Positions 18,261-27,571 of a DNA stretch of 64,000 nt are shown here, piece after piece. The DNA lies in NCBI GenBank assembly GCA_965215755.1, contig OZ244119.1, positions 4,302,117 through 4,366,116 of the forward strand. Direction: 5' to 3'. The translations under genes were made by a program, and so were the position numbers. The DNA comes from Hyphomicrobiaceae bacterium. GTDB lineage: Bacteria > Pseudomonadota > Alphaproteobacteria > Rhizobiales > Hyphomicrobiaceae. The notes beneath the pieces were generated by a model. It worked only from the letters and a program-made list of their open reading frames with translations, had not been told where the DNA came from and did no database searches. The number at the start of each line of letters is the position of its first letter. The stretch's first letter is position 1.

Positions 18261-19703
18261 ATGTCATCGCAGGAACTCGCATATACGCCAGCCAGAGAGT
18301 TGGCCCGGAAAATCCGTGACAAGGCCGTGTCTCCTGTCGAGGTCGTTGCGTCAGTTCTTGAGCGGGCGGAGCGATCGCAGCCGGTCTTAAATGCATTTAT
18401 CACCATCTGCGCTGAAGCAGCGTTGGAAGGCGCCCGTGCTGCTGAGGCAGCGGTTATGGATGGCAAGACACTTGGTCCGCTGCACGGCGTTCCGGTCACA
18501 GTAAAGGATTTGGTCAACACGGCCGGTGTCAAAACGACATTTGGATCCTACGTCTTTGAAAATAACGTACCGACTGCCGACGCCATAGCTGTTGCCCGGC
18601 TAAAGGCTGCTGGTGCGATCTTGATTGGCAAAACGACAACACCTGAATTCGGTCACAAGCCATTGACTGAGGCACCTCTTTTCGGATGGACTTGCAATGC
18701 CTGGAGCCGGGATCATACATCTGGCGGGTCATCCGGCGGGGCTGCTGCGGCAACGGCAGCCGGTATTGCACCGCTTGCAATTTCCACCGATGGCGGCGGT
18801 TCGACCCGCATTCCGGCAGCATGCAACGGCGTCGTAGGCTTTAAAAAGTCGCTAGGGTTGGTACCGCATGAGACGGCACCGGATGCCTATGGCAACACAT
18901 CCTACATCGACCCCACATCACGGACCGTGGGCGACTGTGCCCTGATGCTGGAAGTTATGGCCGGCACTGACAAGAGTGACCCGCACTCGTATTTTTTGCC
19001 GTCGACGGGCTTTGTTGATACCGTCGATCAGGCAAAGGACCTTAACGGCATACGGATGTCGTGGCGTCCTCATCTTGGGAACACGCTGGTAGATGATGAG
19101 GTCCTCGCCACCTGCCAAGATGCTGCACATAGTTTCGCGGCCCATGGTGCAACGCTCGCCGAAATGGCGGACGACTTCGCACCTACAGAACCCATTTTCC
19201 AGGTTCTCTGGTCATCGCTCCTCAATGCCCGCTACCGCAAGTTTGTCCCGGAATTCGGAGACCGCATGAGCGAAACACTTCTGCAGCAAATGGATCAGGG
19301 GCAAGCTGCTTCAGGTGAAGACGTCATCAATTGCATCTTTACGCGAACAGAAATCTACCGTCAGGTCCAGAATTGGTTCGAGGACACCGACATCCTGATT
19401 ACGCCAACGTTGGCGCGTCCGGCTCTCGCGATTGATCACGACTTTTTTGGTGACGTGATCATCAACAACAAGCCCGCCGGGACTGTGCGGCAATCCTGGT
19501 ATCCATATACCCATCCCTTCAACCTGAGCGGCAATCCGGCGATCACACTCCCTGCTGGGTTCAGCTCGGATGGCTTGCCGATTGCCATCCAATTGGTTGG
19601 GCGGCGCGGCGAGGACGCCCTATTACTGCGCGCTGCAGCCTTGTTCGAACAAGCCCATCCTTGGGCCGATCGCCGCCCCAAAATTCCCGAGATCGATGGA
19701 TAA
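18261..19703 (+). CDS. Amidase-signature (AS) family amidase, copy 1
   Basis: Contains GVPVTVKDL (catalytic Lys context) and the GGSSGGAAAATAAG signature. 480 aa. Confidence 0.9.
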   Translation: MSSQELAYTPARELARKIRDKAVSPVEVVASVLERAERSQPVLNAFITICAEAALEGARAAEAAVMDGKTLGPLHGVPVTVKDLVNTAGVKTTFGSYVFENNVPTADAIAVARLKAAGAILIGKTTTPEFGHKPLTEAPLFGWTCNAWSRDHTSGGSSGGAAAATAAGIAPLAISTDGGGSTRIPAACNGVVGFKKSLGLVPHETAPDAYGNTSYIDPTSRTVGDCALMLEVMAGTDKSDPHSYFLPSTGFVDTVDQAKDLNGIRMSWRPHLGNTLVDDEVLATCQDAAHSFAAHGATLAEMADDFAPTEPIFQVLWSSLLNARYRKFVPEFGDRMSETLLQQMDQGQAASGEDVINCIFTRTEIYRQVQNWFEDTDILITPTLARPALAIDHDFFGDVIINNKPAGTVRQSWYPYTHPFNLSGNPAITLPAGFSSDGLPIAIQLVGRRGEDALLLRAAALFEQAHPWADRRPKIPEIDG

Positions 19704-19755
19704 CCTCGAAAGATCAGATTGCACATGCCCCGGTCATGGGAGACTTCACTGCTGA

Positions 19756-20772
19756 ATGCTTGAAACCACCGAGACCATGGTTGCAAATCCCTTCGAAAAC
19801 CTCCAGCTCCCCGAATTTAAGGGCCGGGCACCGTGGTGGGGTGGCGACCTGCAGACAATGCGCAACCAATTGGTGCCAGAGCACAAGCCACTCGGAGGCG
19901 CGTCACGACGCTTGGAGTTTGCTCTTCCTCACGCCCCCGGTGATCGCATGTCCGGAATGCTCGATACACCAGATCGAATGGCCGATGGCCCATTGCTGCT
20001 ACTGATCCACGGCTTGACGGGGTGCGAAGATAGCGCATACGTGCGCGAGTCCGCCCGGTTTCATTTGTCGAACGGTCGACGTGTTCTCCGGCTCAATCTG
20101 AGAGGGGCCGGTCCATCGCGTTCGACCTGCACCGGCTACTACTACGCGGGCTGCACCGAGGACATACGCGCTGCGACGGAAGGCATTCCAGCCGACATCA
20201 AGGCCAACGGTATCATTGCGATTGGGTTCTCGCTTGGCGGCAACATCCTTTTGAACAGCCTGGCTCAAAGCTGGGCCAGTGATACCTTTGTTGCAGCCAG
20301 CACAGTTTGTGCTCCAATCCGCCCCGCGTTGGCAGCTCAACGCATTATGGCACCGAGGAACTGGATTTATCATCGATTTCTACTGCAACGCATGAAGCAG
20401 GACACCCTGTCGCCCCATGCTTCGCTCAGTGATGACGAGCGATCAGCCATAAGTTCGTCGCGTTCGATCTATGAGTTCGACGACAAATATACCGCTCCGC
20501 ACAACGGCTACGTGGATGCCGATGACTACTACGCCCGCACAGCTGGCGCTCAAGTTGTTGCTAAGCTTGACGTCCCGACACTCCTCATCCATGCGGAAAA
20601 TGATCCATGGATACCTGTCGGCCCTTATCGTGAGCTTGCACGTGAAGAACTGCTGAATGCGAAAGTCATTATCGCGCCCGGCGGCGGACATGTCGGCTTT
20701 CACGTCCAAGGCAATCAAGGTACATGGCACGACATGGTGATCGACTCATTCGTCGTACGCTACTTCGCCTGA
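19756..20772 (+). CDS. Alpha/beta-hydrolase, YheT-like
   Basis: The nucleophile elbow is GFSLGGN. The N-terminal WWGGDLQTMRN and C-terminal GGGHVGF resemble the COG0429/YheT pattern. 338 aa. Confidence 0.8.
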   Translation: MLETTETMVANPFENLQLPEFKGRAPWWGGDLQTMRNQLVPEHKPLGGASRRLEFALPHAPGDRMSGMLDTPDRMADGPLLLLIHGLTGCEDSAYVRESARFHLSNGRRVLRLNLRGAGPSRSTCTGYYYAGCTEDIRAATEGIPADIKANGIIAIGFSLGGNILLNSLAQSWASDTFVAASTVCAPIRPALAAQRIMAPRNWIYHRFLLQRMKQDTLSPHASLSDDERSAISSSRSIYEFDDKYTAPHNGYVDADDYYARTAGAQVVAKLDVPTLLIHAENDPWIPVGPYRELAREELLNAKVIIAPGGGHVGFHVQGNQGTWHDMVIDSFVVRYFA

Positions 20773-20923
20773 GTCGTAGCTCAGTGCTGACGTCCGGGAG
20801 GCAGCAACCAGGCGTGTCGCGGCAGCCGTCGTGCTTGTGGGGTTAAAAATTCAGAAATGACTATTCCCAATGCAGCATACGGATTCAAGCCCGAGTGGCG
20901 CTGTGGCTTAACAGGACCTTCTT

Positions 20924-21775
20924 CTAGACCGGTCGGTCGCCTTCAATCGTCACGCGATGCATATGGCGTCGCTGACCTTGGTAGTCGTTGAGAGCCAGAT
21001 GTTGGGTCGCGCGATTGTCCCAAAGAGCGAGAGTTCCGGGTTCCCAACGCAACCGGCATTGGTACTCGGGCCGCACGATCTGGTCGCTGAGAAAATTGAT
21101 TAAGGGATCACTCTCTTCTGACGTCATATCTTTGAAGCGTAATGTATGTGCGCGACTGACATAGAGAGCTTTACGCCCCGTCTCGGGATGCGTTCTTACA
21201 ATCGGGTGCTCAGATTCGTAAGTGTCACTTTGGACCACAGCCTTACCCATGTCGCCCAATTTGCTGAGCTGACTGGTGCGTCCGCCTGGATAGAGTTTGT
21301 CGGAATTGAATATGCCAACCATGCCATCAAGCATTCCCTTCATACCCTCGGAGAGATTCTCATAGGCAAGGCACGCATTGGCAAACATCGTGTCGCCACC
21401 AGCCGGCGGAACTTCTAAGGCGTAGAGAACCGTTCCAAGGTCCGGGCACTCTTTATAGGAGGTGTCTGAGTGCCATCCGCCGCCGAAGTTGGTCTTGTCG
21501 TTTTCGGTCTTGATCAACTCGTTGACTTCAGGTGCTTCCTCAAGCCCCTTCAGGAAAGGGTAGATTGCGGGCTTTCCAAATTGCCGGGCCACATCAACCT
21601 GCTGGCGAGGCGTGATTGACTGATTTCGGAAATAGATCATCAGATGATCAAGAAAGGCTTTGTGAACATCGGCGCGCTGCTGATTGGTCAAAGGCTTGGC
21701 CCAGTCCACGCCAATGACTTCTGCTCCCATGGAGCCGGAAAGTGGTTTGACTTCGATGGTCTCGTATTGCGCCAT
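20924..21775 (-). CDS. TauD/TfdA-family Fe(II)/2-oxoglutarate dioxygenase
   Basis: Contains the WHSDTSY (HxD) facial triad, a distal His in the RATQHLALNDY region, and RRHMHRVTI. ATG 21775 gives 283 aa, the typical TauD length. The track ORF extends to 21859. Confidence 0.85.
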   Translation of the reverse strand: MAQYETIEVKPLSGSMGAEVIGVDWAKPLTNQQRADVHKAFLDHLMIYFRNQSITPRQQVDVARQFGKPAIYPFLKGLEEAPEVNELIKTENDKTNFGGGWHSDTSYKECPDLGTVLYALEVPPAGGDTMFANACLAYENLSEGMKGMLDGMVGIFNSDKLYPGGRTSQLSKLGDMGKAVVQSDTYESEHPIVRTHPETGRKALYVSRAHTLRFKDMTSEESDPLINFLSDQIVRPEYQCRLRWEPGTLALWDNRATQHLALNDYQGQRRHMHRVTIEGDRPV

Positions 21776-21983
21776 GTCACATCTTCCAATGAGAATATCT
21801 TGCACGGAGTGGTCGTCCGTGAGCCGGTCCATTCCGGCTGATTTTCGACGATGAAGCAAGATGCAGGATTACAAAATCACACAGATAGTCTCCTACAAAT
21901 AATCAACGATGAGATGGATGTTATTCCGACATGGCGCGCCATAGCATGAAGGTGGCAGTCTCAACTGGCTCTCAGCTCTGGTG

Positions 21984-22044
21984 TTCAGGCTCCGACATAT
22001 GAATTCCTGCTCCGGTTTTCTTAATTCATATGTCGGAGCCTGAA
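21984..22044. repeat. Perfect 22-bp inverted repeat with 17-nt spacer in a divergent promoter region
   Basis: TTCAGGCTCCGACATATGAATT (21984-22005) is the exact reverse complement of AATTCATATGTCGGAGCCTGAA (22023-22044). It lies between the TauD-like start (21775, minus) and the GMC oxidoreductase start (22113, plus). Confidence 0.9.
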
Positions 22045-22112
22045 GCAACACGAACGAAACAACGATCTGGTGCAGCATTACCATTGGTTGGCCATCCCGC
22101 GAGGCGATCCGC

Positions 22113-23756
22113 ATGGATACATTTGACTACATCATCATTGGAGCCGGATCAGCAGGATCTGTTTTGGCGAACCGTCTCAGTGAAGACGGCGATGTCAGTG
22201 TATGCGTGCTCGAGGCAGGTCCGCCAGACACCAATCCGATGATCCACATTCCTGCTGGTTTTATGAAGACGTTCTACGATCGCTCGATCAATTGGTGTTA
22301 TGAGCAAGAACCTGGCCCCTACACGCAAGGTCGGCGCATTTATTCACCCCGCGGCAAGACCCTTGGCGGTTCAAGTTCGATCAACGGCCACATCATTAAT
22401 CGTGGCCAGGCTGAAGACTTCAATCAATGGGCCCAAATGGGCAATTCCGGATGGTCCTATGCCGACATTCTACCCTACTTCAAACGCATGGAGCGCCGCA
22501 TTGGTCCTGCAGATGAGGACTACCGGGGCCGCGATGGCTTTCTTCCGGTCACAGATGCTGAGGTCCGGCACCCATTGGCTGACGCCTTCATCCAGGGCGC
22601 AGTTGAGTACGGTATTCCGATCAATCCTGACTACAACGCAGGCACCCAGGAGGGCATTAACTACGCCCAGCGCGCCATACTTAATGGTCGCCGGATGAGC
22701 GCGGCGCGGGCGTTTCTACGACCCGCGATGCCACGGTCCAATCTAGAAGTTCGCACCGAAGCCCACGTTACAAGATTGGAGTTGGATGGGAAGCGGGCAA
22801 CCGGCGTCCATTATCGCAAAGGCGGCTCCAACGGAGCAACTCAGCTCATACGCGCACGGCGGGAGGTCATCTTATCGGGTGGTGCCTATAACTCGCCACA
22901 GCTCCTTCTGCTTTCCGGGATTGGACCGAAGACTGAACTGGACCGCAACGGCATTCCAGTCGTGCATCACCTTGAAGGCGTGGGTGAAGGCCTTCAAGAT
23001 CATTACACCTCGCGTACGGTTGTGCGGGTCAAGAACGCGAGCACGATGAACGAGAGAGTACGTGGCTTTGCTCTTGCCAGTGAAGCCGTGAAATATGCGT
23101 TCGCCCGCAAAGGCATCTTGGCCATGACGCCGACCCTTGTCTATTGCTTCTGGCATTCGGGCGTAACGGCTGAACGATCAGACGTTCAATTGACGTTTAC
23201 ACCTGCGAGTTACATGGACGGCGTCAAAGGCAAACTGGAAGGCGAACCCGGCATGACGGTGCCTTCATGGCAGCAGCGTCCGGAGAGCCGTGGTTATCTG
23301 CGTCTGCGATCAGCAGATCCCTTTGAAGCACCACTGATCCAGACCAATTATCTGGCAGAAGAGATCGACCGGCGGGTATTTGTTGCGGGCATGCGGTTGG
23401 CGCGTGCCCTGCTGAAGTCAAACCCTTTGGCACCCTATTACGGTTACGAGTGCTATCCGGGGCCGGATGTCCAAACTGATGACGAGTTTCTTGATGCTGG
23501 GACGCGACGCGGTCAAACGACGTTCCATCCAGGCTGCACCTGCCGCATGGGGCCTGCCAACAACAAGCTGTCCGTCGTCGATCATGAACTTCGCGTCCAT
23601 GGCATCGCGAACCTGCGCGTGGTTGATGCGTCTGTGATGCCGAAGATGATCTCTGCGAACCTCAATGCCTCGACCTTGATGATTGCAGAAAAGGCCTCCG
23701 ACATGATCAAAGGCCGCTCCACTTTGGAGCCAGCGCAAGCCCACGCCGCTGAGTGA
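22113..23756 (+). CDS. GMC-family FAD oxidoreductase (choline/alcohol dehydrogenase-like)
   Basis: The N-terminal FDYIIIGAGSAGSVLANRLSED is an ADP-binding fold, and GGSSSINGHI is GMC signature-like. The C-terminal HPGCTCRMG region carries the active-site His. 547 aa. Confidence 0.9.
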   Translation: MDTFDYIIIGAGSAGSVLANRLSEDGDVSVCVLEAGPPDTNPMIHIPAGFMKTFYDRSINWCYEQEPGPYTQGRRIYSPRGKTLGGSSSINGHIINRGQAEDFNQWAQMGNSGWSYADILPYFKRMERRIGPADEDYRGRDGFLPVTDAEVRHPLADAFIQGAVEYGIPINPDYNAGTQEGINYAQRAILNGRRMSAARAFLRPAMPRSNLEVRTEAHVTRLELDGKRATGVHYRKGGSNGATQLIRARREVILSGGAYNSPQLLLLSGIGPKTELDRNGIPVVHHLEGVGEGLQDHYTSRTVVRVKNASTMNERVRGFALASEAVKYAFARKGILAMTPTLVYCFWHSGVTAERSDVQLTFTPASYMDGVKGKLEGEPGMTVPSWQQRPESRGYLRLRSADPFEAPLIQTNYLAEEIDRRVFVAGMRLARALLKSNPLAPYYGYECYPGPDVQTDDEFLDAGTRRGQTTFHPGCTCRMGPANNKLSVVDHELRVHGIANLRVVDASVMPKMISANLNASTLMIAEKASDMIKGRSTLEPAQAHAAE

Positions 23757-23774
23757 TCTGGCCAAGGGTTTGCG

Positions 23775-25103
23775 CTACTGACGTGCAATCGCTCTGGCTT
23801 TGGCGAGAACCCGGTCGATCGCGGTCCGCGTGCTGGCTACGATCCAATCATCATCAAATAGCTGTTCTTGGGCATTCGACAGCTCCGGCGCCAATTCGCC
23901 GAGCACATCACGAAGATGACGCTGTTCACCTAGCGCGCGCTGGCAGGCGTCCTTTAAAAGCGTTTGCGCGTCTTGACGGGGCATATGCTGAGCCAGCATG
24001 AATGACGCTGCCTCCGCGTACGGCAATCCCAATGAGGTGTCGATGTTGTCCCGCATCCGTGAGACCTTCACCTCCATTGAGGCCAACAGACTTTCTGCGG
24101 TCCGCAAGCTGGCGCCGCAAGCAATCACGATCTGTGGCAGTGACATCCACTCAAGGGCCCAGCCAGGCCCGCCGCGCTCATGTTCCTGGATGGCTGCCTG
24201 ATGAACCGCGGCGATATTCGAGGCGTTGAAACGCGCGAGCGTCACGAGCACTTCAGCAGAGACCGGATTTGCCTTGTTAGGCATGGTCGAGGAACCACCG
24301 GCCCCTCTGATCACAATCTCACCCACCTCGCTGGAGGCGAGATTGGCGCAGTCGGCCCCGACCTTTCCGAGAGATCCCGTGATGTTTGCGCAGAACCCGG
24401 CCAATTCGACGATACGATCACGCTGGGTATGCCAGACCGTATCAGGGCGACCGAGCGAGAGTTCCTTTGCAAGTTGATCTGCTACGGCATCGGCCTTGTC
24501 GCCTAAAACAGAAAGCGTACCGACGGCACCTGCGAAAGAGAGGATTTCCACCCGCGAGCGCATTTCCCGTAGCCGCTCGACATGGCGCAGCAGTGCTGAC
24601 AGCCATGCGGCGACCTTGCCCCCAAACGTCATGGGCGCTGCCTGCATGTTGCGCGTCCGCCCAACCATGACCGTGGTGCGGTGAGCCTCCGTCATCTCGA
24701 CCAACTGCGAAATGAGGGTTTGCAAGCGTTCGTCGATGAGATCCAGCGCTTGCTTCACTCTGAGCACAAGGCTCGTATCCGTCACGTCCTGAGATGTTGC
24801 GCCCCAATGGGCATAGGGCCCTGCTTCCGTGCCGCTTGCCTCGCGCAGACGGCGGACAAGTTCGGGAATGGGCACACTATCGCGCGCTGTAGCGGCTTTC
24901 AGATCCATAGGGTCAATGGTTAGATTAGAGGCCGCATCAGATATGCGCTCTGCTGCTTCTGGCGGGATCACACCGTGTACAGCTTGTGCCCGTGCCAACG
25001 CACCTTCAAATACGAGCATTTGGCGAATGTTGCAGGCGTCTGAGAACAGCTCCTCCATCAGTGCATCACCCAGTAGATCAGAGTGCATTGGGGACAAGGT
25101 CAT
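23775..25103 (-). CDS. Fumarate-lyase superfamily enzyme, 3-carboxy-cis,cis-muconate cycloisomerase (PcaB)-like
   Basis: Contains the superfamily signature GGSSTMPNKANP, plus HWGATSQDVTDT and WHTQRDR blocks typical of the PcaB/adenylosuccinate-lyase branch. No other pca genes are nearby. Confidence 0.75.
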   Translation of the reverse strand: MTLSPMHSDLLGDALMEELFSDACNIRQMLVFEGALARAQAVHGVIPPEAAERISDAASNLTIDPMDLKAATARDSVPIPELVRRLREASGTEAGPYAHWGATSQDVTDTSLVLRVKQALDLIDERLQTLISQLVEMTEAHRTTVMVGRTRNMQAAPMTFGGKVAAWLSALLRHVERLREMRSRVEILSFAGAVGTLSVLGDKADAVADQLAKELSLGRPDTVWHTQRDRIVELAGFCANITGSLGKVGADCANLASSEVGEIVIRGAGGSSTMPNKANPVSAEVLVTLARFNASNIAAVHQAAIQEHERGGPGWALEWMSLPQIVIACGASLRTAESLLASMEVKVSRMRDNIDTSLGLPYAEAASFMLAQHMPRQDAQTLLKDACQRALGEQRHLRDVLGELAPELSNAQEQLFDDDWIVASTRTAIDRVLAKARAIARQ

Positions 25104-25268
25104 CGAGCCTCCGGAGAGTTGTATCTTCTGCTGCCCACGCTAGCACTGCTTCGCCCATCCCTGAGCTGTCGTGCTAACGCAAGCCGAGTTTAAGTTTCCA
25201 TGACACTTGGCGAATGGCGACCTCCCATGTCAAGCTATCGCCAACAATGCAGGGAGGCATATTGGATC

Positions 25269-26024
25269 ATGTCGATAGCAACTCACTGGATCATGAGATT
25301 TGTTGCGGCTCTGCTACTCATCATATCAGCGGCCAGCAGTGTCTACGCGAAGGCGCGCGTCGATGTTGAGCTGGTCTTGCTCGCAGATGCTTCCAACTCG
25401 ATCGACAATGCCGAGATCAAATTTCAGCGCCAGGGTTACGCAACCGCCATTACGCATCCTGATGTCATTGGCGCGATCCAAAAGGGTGATCTTGGCCGCA
25501 TTGCCGTAACCTTCATTGAATGGGCTGACGCCAACCACCAGGAAACCGTTGTACCCTGGATGGTCATAAAGGATAAGCAGAGTGCGGAGGCGTTTGCCCG
25601 AGCTTTGTTCGCAATGGAGCGGCGTGCATACGGTAGCAATGCCATTGGCGCTGCCTTGGCCGCGGCACACCGTCAAATCTCCCAGAACAAATTTGAGGGT
25701 CTTCGCAAAGTCATCGACTTCTCGGGAGACAGCGCCAACAATTGGAATGGCATACCAATCGCGGAGGCACGCAATCGCGCATTGCAAGCTGGCATTATCA
25801 TCAATGGCCTCGCGATCCTTTGCCGCCTAGAGAATTGCGGCGGACGGCCGATCAATTACAATCTTGAGCAAGCCTTTGCCAAACAGATCATCGGCGGTCC
25901 AGGCAGTTTCGTAGTGACAGTGGATAGTCCGGAGCGCTTTACCCAAGCCGTCCGGAGCAAGCTCATTCTGGAACTAGCGTCGTTACCCTTGGGCCTTTCG
26001 TCCAGAAAGGTCATTCGTCGTTAG
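25269..26024 (+). CDS. DUF1194 (vWA-like) exported protein
   Basis: VELVLLADASNSIDNAEIKFQRQGYATAI...GRIAVTFIEWADANHQETVVPW...VIDFSGDSANNWNGIPIAEARNRALQAGIIINGLAI matches the DUF1194 pattern I recall. The signal-like N-terminus follows ATG 25269. The track ORF starts at 25200. Confidence 0.7.
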   Translation: MSIATHWIMRFVAALLLIISAASSVYAKARVDVELVLLADASNSIDNAEIKFQRQGYATAITHPDVIGAIQKGDLGRIAVTFIEWADANHQETVVPWMVIKDKQSAEAFARALFAMERRAYGSNAIGAALAAAHRQISQNKFEGLRKVIDFSGDSANNWNGIPIAEARNRALQAGIIINGLAILCRLENCGGRPINYNLEQAFAKQIIGGPGSFVVTVDSPERFTQAVRSKLILELASLPLGLSSRKVIRR

Positions 26025-26070
26025 TGTCTGGTTCGTGTTTGACGCTTTGAAACAAACAATTATCCGCGCG

Positions 26071-26094
26071 TGACCAGTTCGGAATAACTGGTCA
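26071..26094. promoter_or_regulatory. 9-bp perfect inverted repeat (candidate operator) upstream of the MATE gene
   Basis: TGACCAGTT-cggaat-AACTGGTCA lies 71 nt upstream of ATG 26165. No U-tract follows it, so it is not a typical intrinsic terminator. Confidence 0.3.
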
Positions 26095-26164
26095 TTGACC
26101 ACCCAGCAGCTTCCGTGCACAGCTGGACGTTTGGGGTAATGCTGAACCGTCTGGCACATCGAAC

Positions 26165-27571
26165 ATGCAAGAAACACATAGTCCTGTGCCGGCATCCCGG
26201 GCGCCAAAGTCCCAAGACGTGCCGCACTTCCAAGAGACTGGGATCTTGCTGCGCATCGCCGGTCCGCTGGTCGCCGCCTATCTTGCTGAATACTCTATGG
26301 TGCTCACGACAAAGGCACTTGTCGGACAACTCGGCTTCAGAGAGTTAGCGGCTGTAGGACTCGCTGGAGATTTGGCATCCCAGATTCAGATTGTCCTGGT
26401 CGGCACTCTCTCTGTCGTGGGTGTTCTCGTGTCACAAGCTAACGGTGCTGAGGATAAGCATGGCGCGGGTCAGGCTGCTCGCCACGGGATATTTGTCGCC
26501 ATCCTATTGGCGCTGCCGGCTATGGTTCTTGTTTGGCATCTTGATAGCGTCTTGGCGTTGGCTGGCTTTGAACCTGATCTAATCCGACGTATGGCACCGT
26601 ACCTGCATCCCGTATCCTTTTCCTTGTTGCCAATGCTGTGCTTCTTCGTCTTGCGCATGTTTGTTGCGGCTCTCGCCAAGACTGCCGCGGTGATGTGGAT
26701 CACGATTGCCGCTGTCATTCTCAACTACTTTCTCTGCCAGGGACTGATACATGGTCATTATGGCCTGCCAAAACTTGGCATCGCCGGGGCGGGATGGGCA
26801 AAGACAGTTGTTGCGGTTTTCATGGTCACGTCTCTGCTGGCCTACATCTACGTGACACCATTTCTGCGCGGCTACGGTTTTTTCAAAGGCCGGTTCAAAA
26901 TCGACTCCGGCCTTTGCCGCGAGATCCTGTTGCTTGGGTTTCCTGTCGCCGGGATTGTTTTGCTGGAGGCAGGACTATTTACTGCCGTGTCGTTATTCTC
27001 AGGGCTCCTCGGCTCTGTGGAGCTGGCTACATATCAAGTGATCATTGCCTGGGTTGCGATCGCGTTCAAATCTGCCCAGGGGCTGGCGGAAGCTGGAATG
27101 GTGCGTGTTGCCTACGCCGCCGGCCGCCATAATGTTGCGCAGGCTCGCCGTTCAGGTCTGCTGACCATGTTGATTGGGGTGATTTGGCTCGTCTGCCTGG
27201 CCGTGGTGCCTCTCTCTTTCCCAGAGATGCTTGTCCAACTGTTTCTTGATCGCAGTGATCCGGGCTTTGCTCCAGTTCTTGCACTTGCCAGCAAGGTTCT
27301 CATACTGGCGGCCTTCTTCCAGATTTTTGATGGCCTGCAGGTGATCGCTTCATTGATGTTGCGCGGCCTCAAAGACACATTGGTCCCGCTCTGGCTAGCC
27401 GCGTTCGGTTATTGGGTGCTGGGTATCGGTGGTGGGTGGTGGCTCGCATTCCGTGGGGAGTTTGGCGCCGAAGGGTTGTGGTGGGGCATGGCGGTCGGGC
27501 TGACTGTCACCGCATGTCTTCTTTCAGTGCGGTTTGTGTATCTCACGCGTCGATCGCTTCAAGCTTCCTGA
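26165..27571 (+). CDS. MATE-family efflux transporter
   Basis: 468 aa with about 12 hydrophobic segments. The N-terminal LLRIAGPLVAAYLAEYSMVLTTKALVGQLG is typical of the NorM/MATE TM1 region. Confidence 0.85.
   Translation: MQETHSPVPASRAPKSQDVPHFQETGILLRIAGPLVAAYLAEYSMVLTTKALVGQLGFRELAAVGLAGDLASQIQIVLVGTLSVVGVLVSQANGAEDKHGAGQAARHGIFVAILLALPAMVLVWHLDSVLALAGFEPDLIRRMAPYLHPVSFSLLPMLCFFVLRMFVAALAKTAAVMWITIAAVILNYFLCQGLIHGHYGLPKLGIAGAGWAKTVVAVFMVTSLLAYIYVTPFLRGYGFFKGRFKIDSGLCREILLLGFPVAGIVLLEAGLFTAVSLFSGLLGSVELATYQVIIAWVAIAFKSAQGLAEAGMVRVAYAAGRHNVAQARRSGLLTMLIGVIWLVCLAVVPLSFPEMLVQLFLDRSDPGFAPVLALASKVLILAAFFQIFDGLQVIASLMLRGLKDTLVPLWLAAFGYWVLGIGGGWWLAFRGEFGAEGLWWGMAVGLTVTACLLSVRFVYLTRRSLQAS

Noticed and set aside
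20773-20900. tRNA-like fragments: GTAGCTCAGTG (D-arm-like) at about 20776 and GGATTCAAGCC (T-loop-like) at about 20883
   Set aside because: The two pieces are about 107 nt apart. I could not fold an acceptor stem, an anticodon arm or a 5-bp T-stem around them. This looks like chance resemblance, not a tRNA or a clear att-site remnant.
21893-22114. 73-aa minus-strand ORF spanning the 22-bp palindrome
   Set aside because: The ORF exists largely because of the palindrome. It has no SD or motif and sits in a divergent promoter region.
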